DNA of 64,000 nt from Bispira polyomma (taxonomy: Eukaryota). This document shows, in pieces, positions 47,306-62,815 of the stretch (positions within the stretch are counted from its first letter, which is position 1; the number at the start of each line of letters is the position of its first letter). The stretch is from assembly GCA_965649765.1 (NCBI GenBank), contig OZ287751.1, forward strand, positions 70,060,001-70,124,000. Direction: 5' to 3'. A program made the position numbers and the translations under genes. The notes under the pieces are model-generated. The model saw only the letters and a program-made list of their open reading frames with translations. It was not told the origin of the DNA and made no database searches.

Positions 47306-50300
47306 TTACAAAGTTTAGATATTCTGTCATCAACATTTATTTCTGCAATACCTTCCACTTTCTATTTTAAGGGGTAAAATTCTATTCTTAATTGACAAAA
47401 TATAGATCTTTTAAGTTTTGGTATACATCTTTTAAAAATAAGTAAATGGAGAAGTTTTCTTGCTTCTTATTATCAAATTAAGATGGATTTTGTTTTGGCT
47501 TTTGTCGGTTTTCAAGTTAATGTTGTGTCAATGTTGTACAGTGTATTAATCACTATACTAACATATTTACATATTATTTCTCTGCTGCACTTTTAACTTG
47601 CATGGCTTTATGACTGGTATATTTTTTTCACATAGTTTTGAATCACTGCCTTCTAGTATTAACTTTGAAAAATGACACGAAAATACATAAATATCTATTT
47701 GAGTTGTTTTCTGTTTTTCTAACTCAAGGTTTAAAACAGGCGCCATAAAGTGTAACATTGCGGCAACTGGTCCTTATCAAGGGATTTATTACTCGTGTAA
47801 CTTATTCCATTTCTTGGAGGGTGCTTATATGGCGACCTGGCATCGGGTAAGAGATAAGGAAAAGGGGGTAATTTATTGGGCTATCTCTAGCATTTGTTTG
47901 CCTATATAATCTGGTGGGGCTCTTCAGGTGTGTATGTGTGTGTATTTGTGTGTCTTTGTGTGGCTGGGTGTTTGCCTAGAAAAAAGGATATTAATAACAA
48001 AATTTCTAACCAACCAAACAGCTAAGGCTGAACTGAATATCCCTGAATATTGCCTTTTATTGTCTTTAGGGGATATTTGTCCCTAAAATACTTAATATAG
48101 AAAAATATAGTTATTGTATATATATATAAATAGCAATTTTGTCAAACTTGAGTTTTTACAAGTTAAATAGGATAATGTGTAAACAAACTAAACAATACAA
48201 CTCAATATTTGAATTGTTAGTATTAACTCTATGATGATACAAGTTGGTAGTGTGTGTTGATTAAACTAGGAAGACAAATATTCCAAGAAAAAACTAACTA
48301 CCACACACATTTAAGTTCTCTAGTAAAATAATGTCTTTCTATCTCATATTTTTCCACTGAAGTCTTTGGCAAACATGAGCTTGATAACAGTATTTGAGAT
48401 GAGTTGTGCTGTTATAAGTGTACACACACAGATACACACACACACACCTTCATACCTAGAACTGGGGTTCAGAAAGAGATTTGTAGTCTTTTGACCAAAG
48501 GTTGTGTGTGTGTAGTTTGTCTGGTGACCAATATACTAAAGGTCCAAGTCCTTCTACCCGGCCAGATTGGAGACGTTTTCTGTGTAAAAACTCTGGATAT
48601 ATAAGAAAGGAACAACTCTTTCCTTCAGGTAGGCAGTTGTAGCAAAACGAATATGTGTGGACAAAGTTAATGTGATACTACATTTATTAATGCACTAAAA
48701 AGGTTGTTAAGATTAAACAAGAGTTGTCTTTATTTAAAACGACACAGGCTCGCAGTGTAAAATACACTAACGTTGATATGGCCACAATATACTCAGGCAA
48801 ATCTGATACCCTTCAATTTGGACAGGGCGATTGCTTCCAAGCAATCCTTAAAGGCATTACATACTAGTTCTAAGATGGCGGCGCTCTTTTCGGAATGAAA
48901 ACAATATCAGGCAATGCGCCTGATAAAAAAACAGGTGATCAAGTTAAACTATGGACTTTACTATTTATATTCTTGTAATGTGTATATGAGGTATGTTATC
49001 AGACTAATGGCCGTTTAAATATAAAAAAATGAGATTAAGTAATTTTAAAACTCATTTAATCAAAAAATATATTTGTAGCTTTAGGTTGCAATACACATAT
49101 TATGTATGATTGACTTGATAAAAAGAGAAGAATTACATGGTAATGTTCGAAATGCCATTCAAAAACGGCACAGACAAATGATGGTTCTAGTTTTAAGGTA
49201 CATGACCAAAAAAATATAGGTTAAATAAAAGACAAATTAAGCAGATGTAACATTACATGAGGTTACACAGCTGATTATAGTTTAGTAACCCATTAAAACT
49301 GTTCTTGGAAAAACACTAAGTGTTCCAAAACTCAGGCTGTTATTACAAGTTAGTCAGAAACATGATGTGTCTTATGTTAAAGATTTTTGTAGATTTTTTC
49401 TGCTAGTGACTTTACAAGGCCTAACCTCAATACAAGTGCATATTTAAATTATATACAATTGGTTTAAAATCTGGGTCTCAATAGTATTTTTAAATATATA
49501 CAAAGACAGTTGAATAATTTCCTTAATAAGTTTTTAAGAAAAATTGTGTTGAAATGTACTAATTGATTCACGAGGTCATAATATGGGTCAGCAAAATGTA
49601 CATAGATAATGGCATACACCACCAAAATAGCTCTGCATTTGGGCTAAAGTTCTGTAAGATTGGTACCAAAAGAAACAAAACATCTTTGTAATGTATGTTA
49701 TAAATGTCAGTTATAGTGCTTACTTCTTAAATTTTTAAATATTTTTTTTTTTTTTTTTAATTTTATTTATTTATTTATTTTTTTTTTGGGGGGGGGGACT
49801 TACGAAAACTTATAAGTTAGGGAATGAGTTAGTGTGAAGATTTTTTTAAAGTAGCTTATAGACGGACCCATAGTAGTGATATTATCTTTGAATAACTTAA
49901 TCAATTTATTTAGGAAGACTGATTCTTACAATGTTAAAGTAATTTGGTCTGTGTCAAAAACAAACGAAAAATACTTAAATATTATCATTAAATGTAAAAC
50001 AGCTATTTTATTTGGAACAAGATTCTTACTTTGAGCGACAATCAGATTTCGATTAGATATTTTACGGAGGAAAAGCCTTCTTTAGTCGTTAGTTTCGCCG
50101 GGTCGATTACTTTCAACCAATCCAGGAAGGTGTTACATATTTCCAACATGGCTGCACCCTTTTTGGAATAAAATCAACTTCAGACTATTTATGGTTTCCA
50201 AATTTGGGAATGGCAGTTCAGAGGAGATGATCTCTGGCTCTCCAGGCACGAATGTGTACGGTTTCTGTACAGTTTGCCAAGGTTTTGAAAGGTCAGTTTA

Positions 50301-52659
50301 GTAAAAGTCACTTATGTGGTATGAGAGAAGATATAATGAAACTAGTCATTTGAAGATTTATTCCTGTATATGTTAGAACATTAGTTTACAGGGTAAAAGG
50401 GGGTTAAAAGTAAATTTTAAAAGTTGTAAGTATAATTTTTAAAACACCCATAACAATTATATAATTATACATATACATCAAGACTAAATATTAATCAATT
50501 CTATTTATAAATCAAATATCAATACCTCAGTGGCATACAAGTTAAATATAACCTGTTACATAGCAATGTACATGTAATATTGAACAGTCATAGAATAGGT
50601 GTAAAAGGACACATCGGTCAAAGGAAGGAATTAGGTCAAGGACAGATAAAGAGTAGACATTCTTAAATTATATAACAAAATATTTGTTTGGCTCGTGTAA
50701 ATGTTGTGCATGTGGTTACAGGATGGGTTTTGCATTTTGGATAGCTTCACTCTTAAAGTAAAGTTATGGGTCACGTGGGTGGCATTATTGCTTAGATGAT
50801 ACCGGTACTGTAACAGTTAAGGTCCGCCAACAGTTAAGACCCAACCCTGAAATAGTAGTTAATATATCTCTAAGAAGCCTTGATATTCAAACACAAATAT
50901 GGTGGCATTCAGACCATCAAGAGTTATCTCTTTAAAAAGACACAGATGGACAGTGTGAAATACAATAACGTTGATATGCCCACTATATACTCAGGCCCAG
51001 GCTGCACCTTATAACAATAAATCCGACACCCCTCAGTTTGGCCGGGTCGATTGCTTCCAACCAACCCCTGAAGACAATACATATTTTCTGAGATGGCACG
51101 CCCTTTTTAAGATAAAAACATATCAGTGCCTGATAAAAAATATAAAGTAAGTAGACCAGCATATTCAAAAGCAATCTTTTAAAGATTTATTTCCATCCAA
51201 CCTCAAGGTGGGCTTTAGCTGTTACAGTATCAGTATAGCAAAAGTTAAGATGTCTCACAGTCTAGCTGATTTGATGTCAGAGCTGCACAGCTATGATTGG
51301 GCTCCCTCTCAGTGAGATAGAGGGTTAAATTTAGTCTTACCCCTACTGACCAAAGCATTTGCCACATTACAAAGTCATAACAAACACCCAATGGCAAAGA
51401 AGGTCGCAACTTCCATTGTCATGTGATAGATCCCGTCCAATATCCCTGCAATGACTTTGTTTAGTACAATTTGGTCTTTAAAAATAATCTTTGTTTTGGT
51501 AACCTTACTATAAACGATATAATAAACCTTTACAGTTATAAGTTATATATCATTAAATCATTTAGTTTCTGTCACTTTTAACCATTTCCCTGGAGAAATC
51601 ATTTGTAAACACCACGCCATAACATCTCCTGTAGCCTAAACCTTTTATTTTCTGTCAATGTAGAGAATTGAAGTTCTGAATGGCATCTTTGTCGAATTAT
51701 GAAGAAATCCTGTATTGTACTGTATTGCAGGTCAGATCAGAAAAAACATTTCGAGAAAGCCAATTGTGTCTCAAGTTTCATTAAAATACAATGCATATAT
51801 CTGTGGCAGGATTAAAAATTATACATTTTATTATTTTCACAATAAAACTCTTACATCTTATAGAGACTATATAACCTCTCAGCTTCACTAGAGAAGGCTA
51901 AGCAAGACAACAGCTCTTTTGACTGATAACTATGTGCTTTTTATAATACTAAAAATAGCCAAATCTTGCAACATAACCATATCAATGGTGTGATAGTAAT
52001 GTTAATTGCTTCAATCTTTTTTCTTTCAGTTCACTAATATATTCAAGTAGGCAATGTCATTGAAAACAGAAAAGCACAACTTTGTTATAAAGAAAATAAC
52101 GTTCTAACCTTTCTATTTTTTGTGAGAAAAGATATCCTTCAAACTAGGTAAATGGATAAAGTTATAAAATGAATAGAACACCTCAAGACATTAGTTTGCA
52201 TACCTATTAAAGTAAGATATAGTAGTATTCATAATGCAATTTGTTACAGATAATCTGCATGACATGTAACTTAAAGTCTTAAAACCAAACAAAGTTTTCA
52301 AATCTACATCTAATTACATCAATACAGGTGTTTCTGTAAGTAGGTAAATGTGCATGTGTCTTTAGGTTTTGTATCATCTGTGCATGTTGATTACTAAGTA
52401 GAGTATTAATGGACAGTCTTATTCATACGGTCATACCCAATCATTGAATATGCAAATTGGCTGATTAACATAATACCCAAAACTACAAGACAAATTCTCG
52501 ACAGAACTGACCTAAGAGGGAACTGATAAACCATAAGAAATATATAAATACCCCTTCACCTATAATGTCATAGTCATATTTAAACTTGACTGTTGCTGCC
52601 CTAAAGTCATGGTAGTCTTTCATTGCAATAAATCTTAATGTGTAGGTTTATAGCACAGA

Positions 52660-52900
52660 TTACACCCCCTGTCTGGATTCTTAAACTTGTCAACCAATTT
52701 ATTTACTCTGAGCTTCCTAAGGGGGCACATACTAGCCATGCTGCCACATACAGCGCAAACACTTTAGGGCAGGAACCCATTTATACACTAATGTGTGGGA
52801 ACACTTTGTGTGAGGCAACTTTGCCTTATAATCTCCACGTCTGCAGCGAGGATCGAACCTGGACCCCTCTTATCCACAGAGGCTATTGCAATACTAGATC
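52660..52900 (-). mobile_element. SINE family B
   Basis: catactagccatgctgccacatacagc, acccattttatacac, gatcgaacc. Confidence 0.7.
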
Positions 52901-55469
52901 TATAGTCTCTAGCTTCCATGCTGAGAGGAACTGAGTACTAGGATTTGTTTCTGAATTTGGGCGAATAAGGCCTGTAGGACGAGACTATTGAAGCAAGACC
53001 ATTACCAAATATTGCTGGAATTTGCCAAACTTCTACAATGAAATAATCTATAACCCAAAACAATTCATGTCTTTAGATTAAAACTCTTGTCTATGAGCTA
53101 TCAATATCCAAAGATATTACTGGGGAGTTCTTACCAATCAGCAACATTGCATTAACATAAGTATAAGTGCAGGTATTTAATAAGACAAGCAACATATGCC
53201 ATAGAATGGGACATCACACTTGCTTAGCAGCATGGCTTTTCAGTTGCAATTTATTAGTTATAAATATTAGTTAAGTAAACAGCCAACTGAAATCTGATAT
53301 TTTAACATTTTTCTCTTAACCCAGTTGATTGGCTAAAAGTATTTTTTCAAAGAATCTGATTGGCTGAAAGTAAAACATTGTATTTTAAGACTGATTCTGA
53401 ATACGGCCACTGGCCATATGTATATAACAGAAGAATGAGATCAAAGACTCAGTACAAAGTTGAAGAGTACCTGGGTTTCCAAGTGTTCTACCAGCCTGAC
53501 CATAGTTTAGAAACCACAGTCCATCCTGTTGTTGAACCAAATAAGATCTACTATCTATTAAGATTTTCAATTTGCTTCACATAAGAGTCCAATGTTTGCT
53601 TTTCACACGACTGTCTGCAAGTAGTGGTGTATGTTTACTACAATAAAAAGTACACACGTGGACAGCCACACAAACAACCATACATACAGCCATATAGGTT
53701 TATGTGATAAATGAACACAGCCTTCGATGGCCTCTTGTGGTCAGAAATCAATGAAAGGATGTTTGGCGGAAAAAAAGATGTGTTTAACTGTGTATATATA
53801 TATGTGTGTCTTCACAAGTTCTTCATCTATTGGACATATAGGACATATTGAGCCTGTACACATTATATACTTTAATGTTGCTACCTTAAAATGGCATAAG
53901 GTTTCCTATCTACTTACCTGTTTACACGTGACCCATGTGTTTAAAAATTATCTATAGATTTATTAATCAATGACAGCCACTCTGCCATAAAATGTGCATG
54001 TACTCATTAACACATTAAGGAAAAAACAGCTAAAGAGAGAAAATTGTTTTTAGCACTAAGGGTGACAGTACAGAATGTCACACATATTCTCCGCCTCTCC
54101 CCCTGTCCCCCCCCCCACATTCTCTCTTGAGTTGTTGACTTGGCTGTTCTGACAGGACAGGTTAAGCTACTTAGTGTCCACGCTCCCCCTAGCACCACAC
54201 AGGCTATAGTACTCCTTATCTTTTTGTCATATGTTAGTCCAGGGCTGTGTTATCAGTCACACTACAAAACCACCAATCCCCCCACATGTGCCCTCCCCCA
54301 CTCCTCAAACACGAATACACAGGTATGAACCTGATAGCAACATACCACCTGAATATATAGCACTGTTATTCATAACTGTATATGCCTGTATGATGTATAT
54401 TGGTATATTTATAGTGTTGAAAAGGGAACTAAGAATTTAATTTAGTTTAGGTTTGAAATGTCGCTTACAACTCGTCTTGTGTCATACCACAACCGGCAGG
54501 TCACACTTGGGGAAGAAATAGAAACAGGGTATTTGGTAAACATATTCTGTTCTGCAAACCACCGTCCTCCAGCAAGTCTACTGCCAAGTTTCCTACATAT
54601 ACAAAGATGGAAGACGAGTTTATTAGAATTACATCAGAGAGGCCCCGGGAATTTGATTTATTTACCTTAAATAGGTATAACAAAGTTGTGGTCTTATTAC
54701 CTAAATAGGGAACTATATTTGTAGCTTAGAATAGTTTTAATAAAAATGTATATATTTGGATAACTTTGTAATTTCGTATACTAGGAATTTAAATCATTAT
54801 ATGTGATTCAAATAGTAACCAGCTTTGTCTTTCTGCTTCACACAATCCACAGAAGCTACACTAAAATATTTTTTCTCAAAGAATGTAAACCAGTTTTATA
54901 ATTTAGGGAAGTTTAGCAATATTTTTCTGTAGATAAGTCAAGCATCAAGTCACATCTAAAAGACCACTTTAGTCACCAAGCTTTCTGCAGTACTTTTCTA
55001 AAGGTCCCAAAGCTGTTCAGCACACACTGTTATCAACTAAACACACCTCTGATTTTTCAGGGGCAGTGTGTGTGAAAGATTCCCATAATACTTGTACACA
55101 CTGATCAAACAAACCATGTGATTGCTTTTGAGGTGAATACAATGGTCGTCTATATTACTGATAGTCTATTTATTTTTCACATTATATATTTAACGGCATT
55201 ATTTGCATTGTTGTTTGCCTTAAAAACTGATATCATCATGTCATTCTATGAATAACAAAAAGACATTTGTAGCCCTACAAACATAAATTAAACCGCTTTA
55301 AGCAGTCTGTCTCATTTTTGAAAAGGAATTCCATACAGCTCCTGCTTATTGAAATAGAAGTCTCATTTTTTTACACCCATCGTACAAATGCTTGTGTTAG
55401 CAGCAGGCAACAACTGAGACGACAGGGGTTGTCAAAGGTCTGTGTTCCAGCAGAAATAAAGAGACATAT

Positions 55470-56080
55470 AAGACACAAGATTTTATTTATTATATTGAAA
55501 TGTAACAGTATTCACATATACAATATATATTTTCTTTCATTTACGCAGCCCATATGGGCTTGTAAGTCACTTTTAAACAGATTTTTTTTATAGAGTGTAC
55601 ATGTAGACATAATAGTCACAATAACTTTTCTATACAAGGTGTCTTTCCTTAATTGCCAAGTAAGCTTCAAATAATTTACTAATTTTCTTGTAGGATTTCT
55701 TTGCATTATAATAAATTTTTCCTCATGTGTTAATTGCATAAAATCAGAGTGCGTTTCTAAATATTTTGCATACAAATCTTCCCTGGAGTTTTTATGAAGA
55801 GGCCATATACACAAGAAATGTAACTCATCTTCTACACAATTCAAAGAACATAATTGACAAAATCTTTCTTCAGCTTTAATATTTATAAAACGATCGGTTT
55901 CTATTCTCAGTTGTAATATACCACATCGAAATTGTGCTAACAGTGATCAGCTACTTTTGTCTAAATTCCAGTTAACATAGTTTGAAGTTTCAAAAAGGCT
56001 TTTAAATGTAATATAGCTACGGAGTTTTGGTTTCTTTCCAATTTCTAGTTTCCAGTTGGCTTCAAATTTTGATTTTAGCG
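55470..56080 (-). mobile_element. 5'-truncated LINE of the same class
   Basis: KPKLRSYITFK..*SLLAQFRCGILQLRIETDRF..FCQLCSLNCVEDELHFLC. Confidence 0.8.
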
Positions 56081-59000
56081 TAACGCAAAATATTATAACT
56101 CTGTGTTAATGTGGTTAGACATAATGACAACACTGTCTGGTGTTCTTGCCGAATTGTTCCACTCTGCTATGATGCCTTCTATTTTGCAAAAAAATGAGAT
56201 ATGGTTTCAAAATGGATGTTGAATTAGTTAAGCTACATCAAAGGCCATTATATCTGCATACCAAAAATCTTTGTTCAGTCCAATCAGACTTTTATCGAAT
56301 GTTCTATATCCAGGTGGCAAAATGTCATTGTATTGTTTAAACTACAGTAATACCTGCCTCACCAGAATATAATGACAGTAGCAGTCTCATGAAGATGCAT
56401 TGCATGATAAAATGTCAACTTATAGCAGTTAAATAGTTGTATCTGTGTTTAAGCGATATCATTGAAACAGGTGAGATAGTTAAAGTGTGAAGAAAGAAAT
56501 ATTCAAACTTTAACACCCATGCTTTCAGGAATTTATTCAAGTAGAATACATAATGTTATGTGTAGCTTGCTAATAGCAAGTTATTGCTACTGTTATGGGG
56601 ATACATCACCCATAACCAACTTTAGACCATTCCACTTTGACATTTTTAAAGTTCTTGTACAAGTCTCAAAAAATGTTAATAATTTTCACAATTTTGGAAA
56701 AAGAACACTAGTATCCTTTACCATAGCCACATCAGATTTATGTGTAATATAAAAAAGAAGAACCTAATGTAAAAAGCTGTAATATTTAAGACATAATTAA
56801 CTAGCCAACTGTCATATATAAGTATATAATGTACATAGATTTATCAGCAGTTATGCTTCTACTTTCTCATAGATAGTTTTGAAGATACAAGATAAACTAA
56901 TCACCCAGAAAAAATAGGTGCTATTAATAAAATCCCATAAGTGCTTTTTTCTTACTTACTACACTGACTACTATTAATAATTAGACTAAAACTGGCCATC
57001 AGGATTTCTGAAGACTGTAACTGTAACTGAGATATGTGTTGAAGATAGCAGAGAAGCCCTCTTGGAGAATCAGAGAGATAACCTTTAACAAGAACTCATT
57101 GTAGTCAGTTTGAAAGTTATCAATTATCCTACCACTGGAGAGGAGGGAGGGGAGGAGGGGGGGCCTAGTAATATGATGATAAAAAGCTTTAACTTCTATA
57201 TATGTCTCTATATATCATATTTAATGTCTATGTATGTCCTCAGGTTTTAAAGAGAAAGGAAGGGGACTTTGGTTTGTCTTGGTAGCAAAGAGAGAGAGGT
57301 ATTGAGTCAGTGTATGTGGCAGCAGTGAGTTTTTGAGGGTGTTTTGATATGCTTTAAGGATTTCAAACACATCTCTGATACAGAAGGCAGTTTGTAGTGA
57401 GAATATAGATTTACTAAATACATAAATAAAGGTAGTTAAAATATAAAACAACAATGGATGTGGGCCCTTCTGTGTATAACATTAAGATGGAAGAAATGCC
57501 AGATGCTGCCTTCAAATTTATAGGTAGGTTTTTGTTTTGTAATCATTAAACAGTTGTGGTAGGTTGTAACTTTAAATTTAATATCCAAAAGAAGATGCTT
57601 TATGGTTATACAATTACTAATTTTTTGTTTCGTTTGTACATTTAAAATATTTTATCCATTTGTGTCCATGCCAAGTAATGATTTTCTATAGAAGTATATT
57701 ATCCATCCTGTTTTGTTTTATCCACTATGTTTTGCAAATTTTATCCTTTTAGTTTTATGTGGAACAACAGTTCACACTTTGGAATATTATTATCATATAT
57801 TTTTTTAACATTAACAAAATTTGTTTGATATAATATATAAAGTATAACTAAATTTTTTTTGTATCTATACTTCCAAATAAACACACCAGTTAACAAAATG
57901 AATTATATAGCTCTAATGGCCACAACTACATAGATATATATACACATATATAGACACACAGGCATGTATATAAGGAGGGGGCATATTCCAACCCAGTATC
58001 TCTAGGAACCTTTGTGGTTTGCCATGCGATAATAGAGTTGTAAACATTTTAGACTTTGAAGTCATAAGTTTTCTCTCCTATATACACAAAGAGAGAGACA
58101 TTTGTAGGCAGTTGACACAAAAGCTGTAATAATAAAGAATGTCAAAGTCCAGCTATCTTTGTGTATCTGTGTATGTGAACGCACAGCAAGACACACTTGG
58201 ACATAGCAAATAGAACTACAACTCAAAGCTTGGACATAGTACTCTAACACCATATATACATTTCATAAAAAATTATTGTACTAACTAGTTTAGTCATCCT
58301 ACATTTGTGTACATGGAGAGATATGTTTAAATAGACAGTGTGATATAGAGATTATACTCAGAGGGTTATAGATTGTCTAATGTTAGTTATTATAATTGTT
58401 AGAATGAATTACTCATATAAAAGGTAAGATATAGGTGTTTTACGTATTTTATTTTACTTAATGAAGAAAAATTATTTCTTATTGGTTTCTAAATAAATGA
58501 ATAGCACAAAATAGCAATATATGGTATAGATTGATGTTTATGTACAATAAGATTGTTTTACTAGTTTAGAAAAAAAGGTGCTCTGTAGCAATATGATGTA
58601 TTTTTGAATAAAATAAATTGTAAGTTTATGACTTAGATGACACTAACAACACCTGACATACTTGTCTTAATTCCCTACTGAACTGTATTAGCATTCAATC
58701 AAAGTAGAATCTGAACTTTGTTGTCTGTGGAATTTACATCAAGCTAGCATGGATTTACAACTAAACCAAATAATGCAATTTATTAAAAGAGACACAGTCC
58801 ATGCAGAATACTGTCACATTGCCTATTGTATGGGATTAGTTGTTGATAGTGTTATGATGTTGTTACATAAGAGCTCTTTGTAACTGACAATAACCTATAT
58901 GCAATATATATGCCACACAAAGATATATGACATATGAATTTAAAGTTACATGTACTGTTCTTGAAGGGGGACATTGTTATACCTTTTGGTTTCACCAACG

Positions 59001-59554
59001 GAACCCCACTCTGTGGTGGGATAACAGATTAAAATGTAATTGCTCGAGACATATGTGGGAGTTGTAATCTTGACATAGCAAATATTGATAGCGAATTATG
59101 GAATAAGTTGTAAATGAAATAATTATATTAAAATAGTGCTAAAATACGATTACCACTATTTATATTTGTATGGAATTTATTTGTGATAGTGATTCAATGT
59201 TGCTTTATACACACTAAGGCAATTTACCACATTCAACACTTTTAAGTTTGGTGTGTAATAACGTTGACATGTACATCAATGAATTATTAGAACTGGTTAT
59301 TGTAGATCTGACCACAGTCTGTTGATACGGCTGATATCTGAAAGGCATGATTCCCTAATATTGCTAATGACACTACTTACAAAATAATACATGCATTAAA
59401 ATAGCACTACATAACTTGACCTAAAAAAATGAAGACATTATACCAAAATATTCTAACGAATAAAAAAACCCGTTAAACATAGTAAATATAGCGAGTGAGC
59501 TGTCCCTATATTTACCTTCTCTGAGAAGATTATGTTTTGGTCAAGTCTGTTGAT

Positions 59555-59735
59555 TAGCCTGTTTGTCACTAGGATTATACAAAAAAATATTAACGTGAAA
59601 TTTGGTAGGTGGATGGAGAGTAGACCCCAAAACAATTCATGATTTTAGCCACTTTTGGTAGAAAGGAAGATTTAGTGTTTCACTTTGTAGCACCTTGGTG
59701 GGAGGTATGCATTCTACTAAGTGCCCTTATTGTTT
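59555..59735 (+). mobile_element. HINE-like element fragment
   Basis: tgtttgtcactaggattatacaaaaa..ccttggtgggaggtatgcattctactaagtgcccttattgtt, as in the 10.9-11.8 kb units. Confidence 0.6.
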
Positions 59736-62700
59736 CAACTGTAGATTGGTACCACCACACCTACACACACACGTGTCATAAAGTTAGTGTGTTTTTGGGG
59801 TTAGGAATGTAAAAGTAATATAAAAATAGAGTGCTATAGTGATATAAAAGGAATACATCTAGGAAACAATTAATTTTAGGGACTTTCCAAAGTAGTTTTT
59901 TGAGAATACCACAAAAACTGTATCAAAACACATGCCACTCAAATATGTTTTAGCTGAGTTTTCTAGGTTTTTAACTGACTAATGCATTTTCTTATTGAAA
60001 GTTAGTTATAAGAGAAAGTTAATTGATTTAAATGATAGAAAAAAAGAATATTCAACATCAAAGGATATGCTTGGTATCTAATAAAGCTTCAGTTTCAGGT
60101 GCTCCTAAAATGACCTGGTGTTATTGATTTTCGTGAAGGGGAATTTACTATAGTAGATAGATAGATCGATTTTTAATATACTCTCACCTAGTAAATATAA
60201 ACACATAATACAATTAATAAAATGCTAGACTCAGCCAACAGTAGACAATATCTATACCTTGATTAATTATTATGTAATTTGGTAGTTTAGATAGTCATTT
60301 ATTAAAAAAAAAATAACTCAAACTTTTATATGTAGGATACTACTACATGATTAATTTATTAATAAAATAAAACTACTTTCAATCTTTTTTGTGTCAGTTA
60401 TTTTTCTTGAAAAAAAAAAAAAAATTTACAATAGTTAAAATAAATATTTAACTTGCAGATGGAAGAAAGCTTTCTCCCATTTAGTCATTTGGTACAAATT
60501 TGTTTATGCAATAAAACAAAGCAGATATTATCCAGTCTGTAGTGAAGAACTAAGACGGACAGGGAGTGGTTATCCTTCCATGCAATAGCTAGAATGTACA
60601 TTTTTCTGCACGTGATTTATGGTTAACTACATTTAACAAGACCAACGGATTTTATTTCTCGAAATAATGATGACTCAGCTATAAATTGTCTTAATTTCTT
60701 TTTTGTTACAGACAATTACAGTTTGTTTTTTTTTTTGTCTGAATAAAACAGTGGCATTATTTCAAGACAAGAGAACATTTAGGTTTAAGGCTTGGTATCA
60801 TACAGATGAATGTTCGGCAGTAATCGTTGCATCTGGCAAATCTTGGTTCGTGGGCTTTCGTCCATGAATAAATCGCCACAAATCCCCCAATCCATCCCAA
60901 TGGCCACGAAGTTGTGGCATATTTGAAATATTGTATAAAGAAAATGCGATAGACCTGCCACTAATACCCACTAATAATTCACAAATGCCCATTAATCGCA
61001 AATAAAAGTCACTAACTGCTACTAGTTTACATTAATGCATTAACCCATGCATTAAATACATTAACCCCTCCACCCCCCTACAAAAACTCTCACAAACGGC
61101 ATTTTTACCACATATGTTTTAAACATTCCAAAACTTTAGCGGTGGCACGATTAATGCTTACAGGTAACAACGATGAGTTCAGAATCACTCCTAATGTAGG
61201 CTTAGCTGAAACAAAGTTGAAACGTACAGTCTCTGATCGATACGAAGATGTTCGTGATGCATTCATAATGGCCATCCTTGTAAATGAGACCTAGTTATTA
61301 AGTACTTCAGACGATACATTGAAGGATTTGAGATGTGGCTTTGTTCATGTATATATGTATATAGTTTAAAAGAAGACACATATTAATAACTATATTGATA
61401 ACACTTATCGTGTGCTGGTCATTGTCACCTTGAAGAAACAGAAATGTATAAAATGGATTTAAACAGAGACAAAAAAATCTGACGACATAGAGTGAGACCC
61501 TTGTGTGAACAAGGAAAGATATAAGAAAATAGCACTCAAAAATTGAGGGGAGGGGAAATTTATAAACCTTCTCAATGACACTTTCATTCTCAACGACAGA
61601 GTAAATTATCATGCAGTGTTCTAGAGGCCAGAAGTAGTAAAAGTCCTTTTAATTTAAATATAAGTTGGCCTGTATTTTAAAAACAGAGTTTGATTAAGCA
61701 ATGAATGTCTGAAATGTGTAAAAACAAAACAAAAAAAAAAAAAAAAACAACAAAAAAACTATGTTACAAACAAAATTTTTTTTAATCTTCTGGTCATATT
61801 ATAACTGTTGAGAACTCAAAAATGTCATATGATGCAAATATAACAACGGATTCATAATTATATGTAACATAAAACAAATTTAGGAGATATCTTAGCTATC
61901 GTGGGTTTTTGGGAAGGGGGAACATAGAAATAATTTACTTATGATAAGATAAAGTGGTTTGGGTGTGTATATTGATCAATTATAATCATCATCATTCATT
62001 ACACTGCAGTCTATTTTATGGGTCCTTCTTGTCGCAGATTTAGATATTTTATTTTCCAGGGTATCATTATTAGAACGGATATATCTATAAATAGCTCTTG
62101 GTTGGTTTGTGTGGGGGAGGATTCGCGTGGCTCAAGATATATATTATAATAAAATCTATAAAAATAAGAGGTAGAGCACTTCATACACATCACAAGGAAG
62201 TTTGAAAAAAAAATTATTTACACCCGAACCGGGCGGGCGTGTCAGAATATTTACAGTTATATAGTTGTGTACTAGACCTTTTTAAACTCAGAATTAAGCA
62301 GGAACCACTTCTGAAAACAGGAAATGTATACAATATATCAAATATAAGAATTATATTACAGTGAAACAATAAGATAGTCACATGATTTCAGCCAGTTGAG
62401 TTTGTCATGGTTGGTTTAAATCAACGTCTTTTTTGTGTGGATAGGAAATATTTAAGTTCTAGAATTAAAAAAACAAATCCCGACAAATCAACATTCATCA
62501 TGTCCACGTACAAGTGTTTTTATGAGCACGTGGACAGATTTATTATATCTTTCCGCCCATATATTTTCATTAACTTTAGAAGGACGGAGTATATATTGGA
62601 GTGATTTTGGAGATATAAAAACCTTTTCCATGTTTAAAGTGGAAGACACATCAGGATATATAGTTTGGGAAAGTAAATTTGGGGTTTGGAAATCAGTTTT

Positions 62701-62742
62701 TGAAAAACAGAGATCATTAATTCAAAATTGTGTCAACCCGTT

Positions 62743-62815
62743 ATGCCTGCAGATTTAGAAGATGTGAATTCGGAGTACCTGTTACCTTTGGGTACAACTC
62801 TGATGTTTCATCCAG
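62743..62815 (+). CDS. Possible first coding exon of an unidentified plus-strand gene (MPADLEDVNSEYLLPLGTTLMFHP)
   Basis: ATG to CAG|gtaaat donor; GC box gggcgggcgtg at about 62231 and ETS-like caggaaat at about 62318 upstream; no recognisable homology. Confidence 0.3.

Larger units (their letters stand above)
33410..51140. repeat. Dispersed ~230-bp repeat family, about 7 copies (33410-33640, 36780-37012, 37680-37945, 42215-42875, 48717-48930, 50085-50185, 50917-51140)
   Basis: Shared aagagttgtcttt..cagtgtga, cccctcagtttg.ccgggtcgattgcttccaaccaa and aagatggcggcgctcttt, in both orientations. Confidence 0.75.

Noticed and set aside
41246-49341. 22-bp inverted repeat 8 kb apart (aacagcctgagttttggaacac) as the ends of one large element
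   Set aside because: No target-site duplication seen and both copies appear embedded in decayed repeat fragments; more likely two dispersed copies.
33000-62000. Short ORFs of 60-110 aa in the right half as host genes
   Set aside because: No recognisable domains or consistent exon chain; the recognisable ones are LINE remnants.
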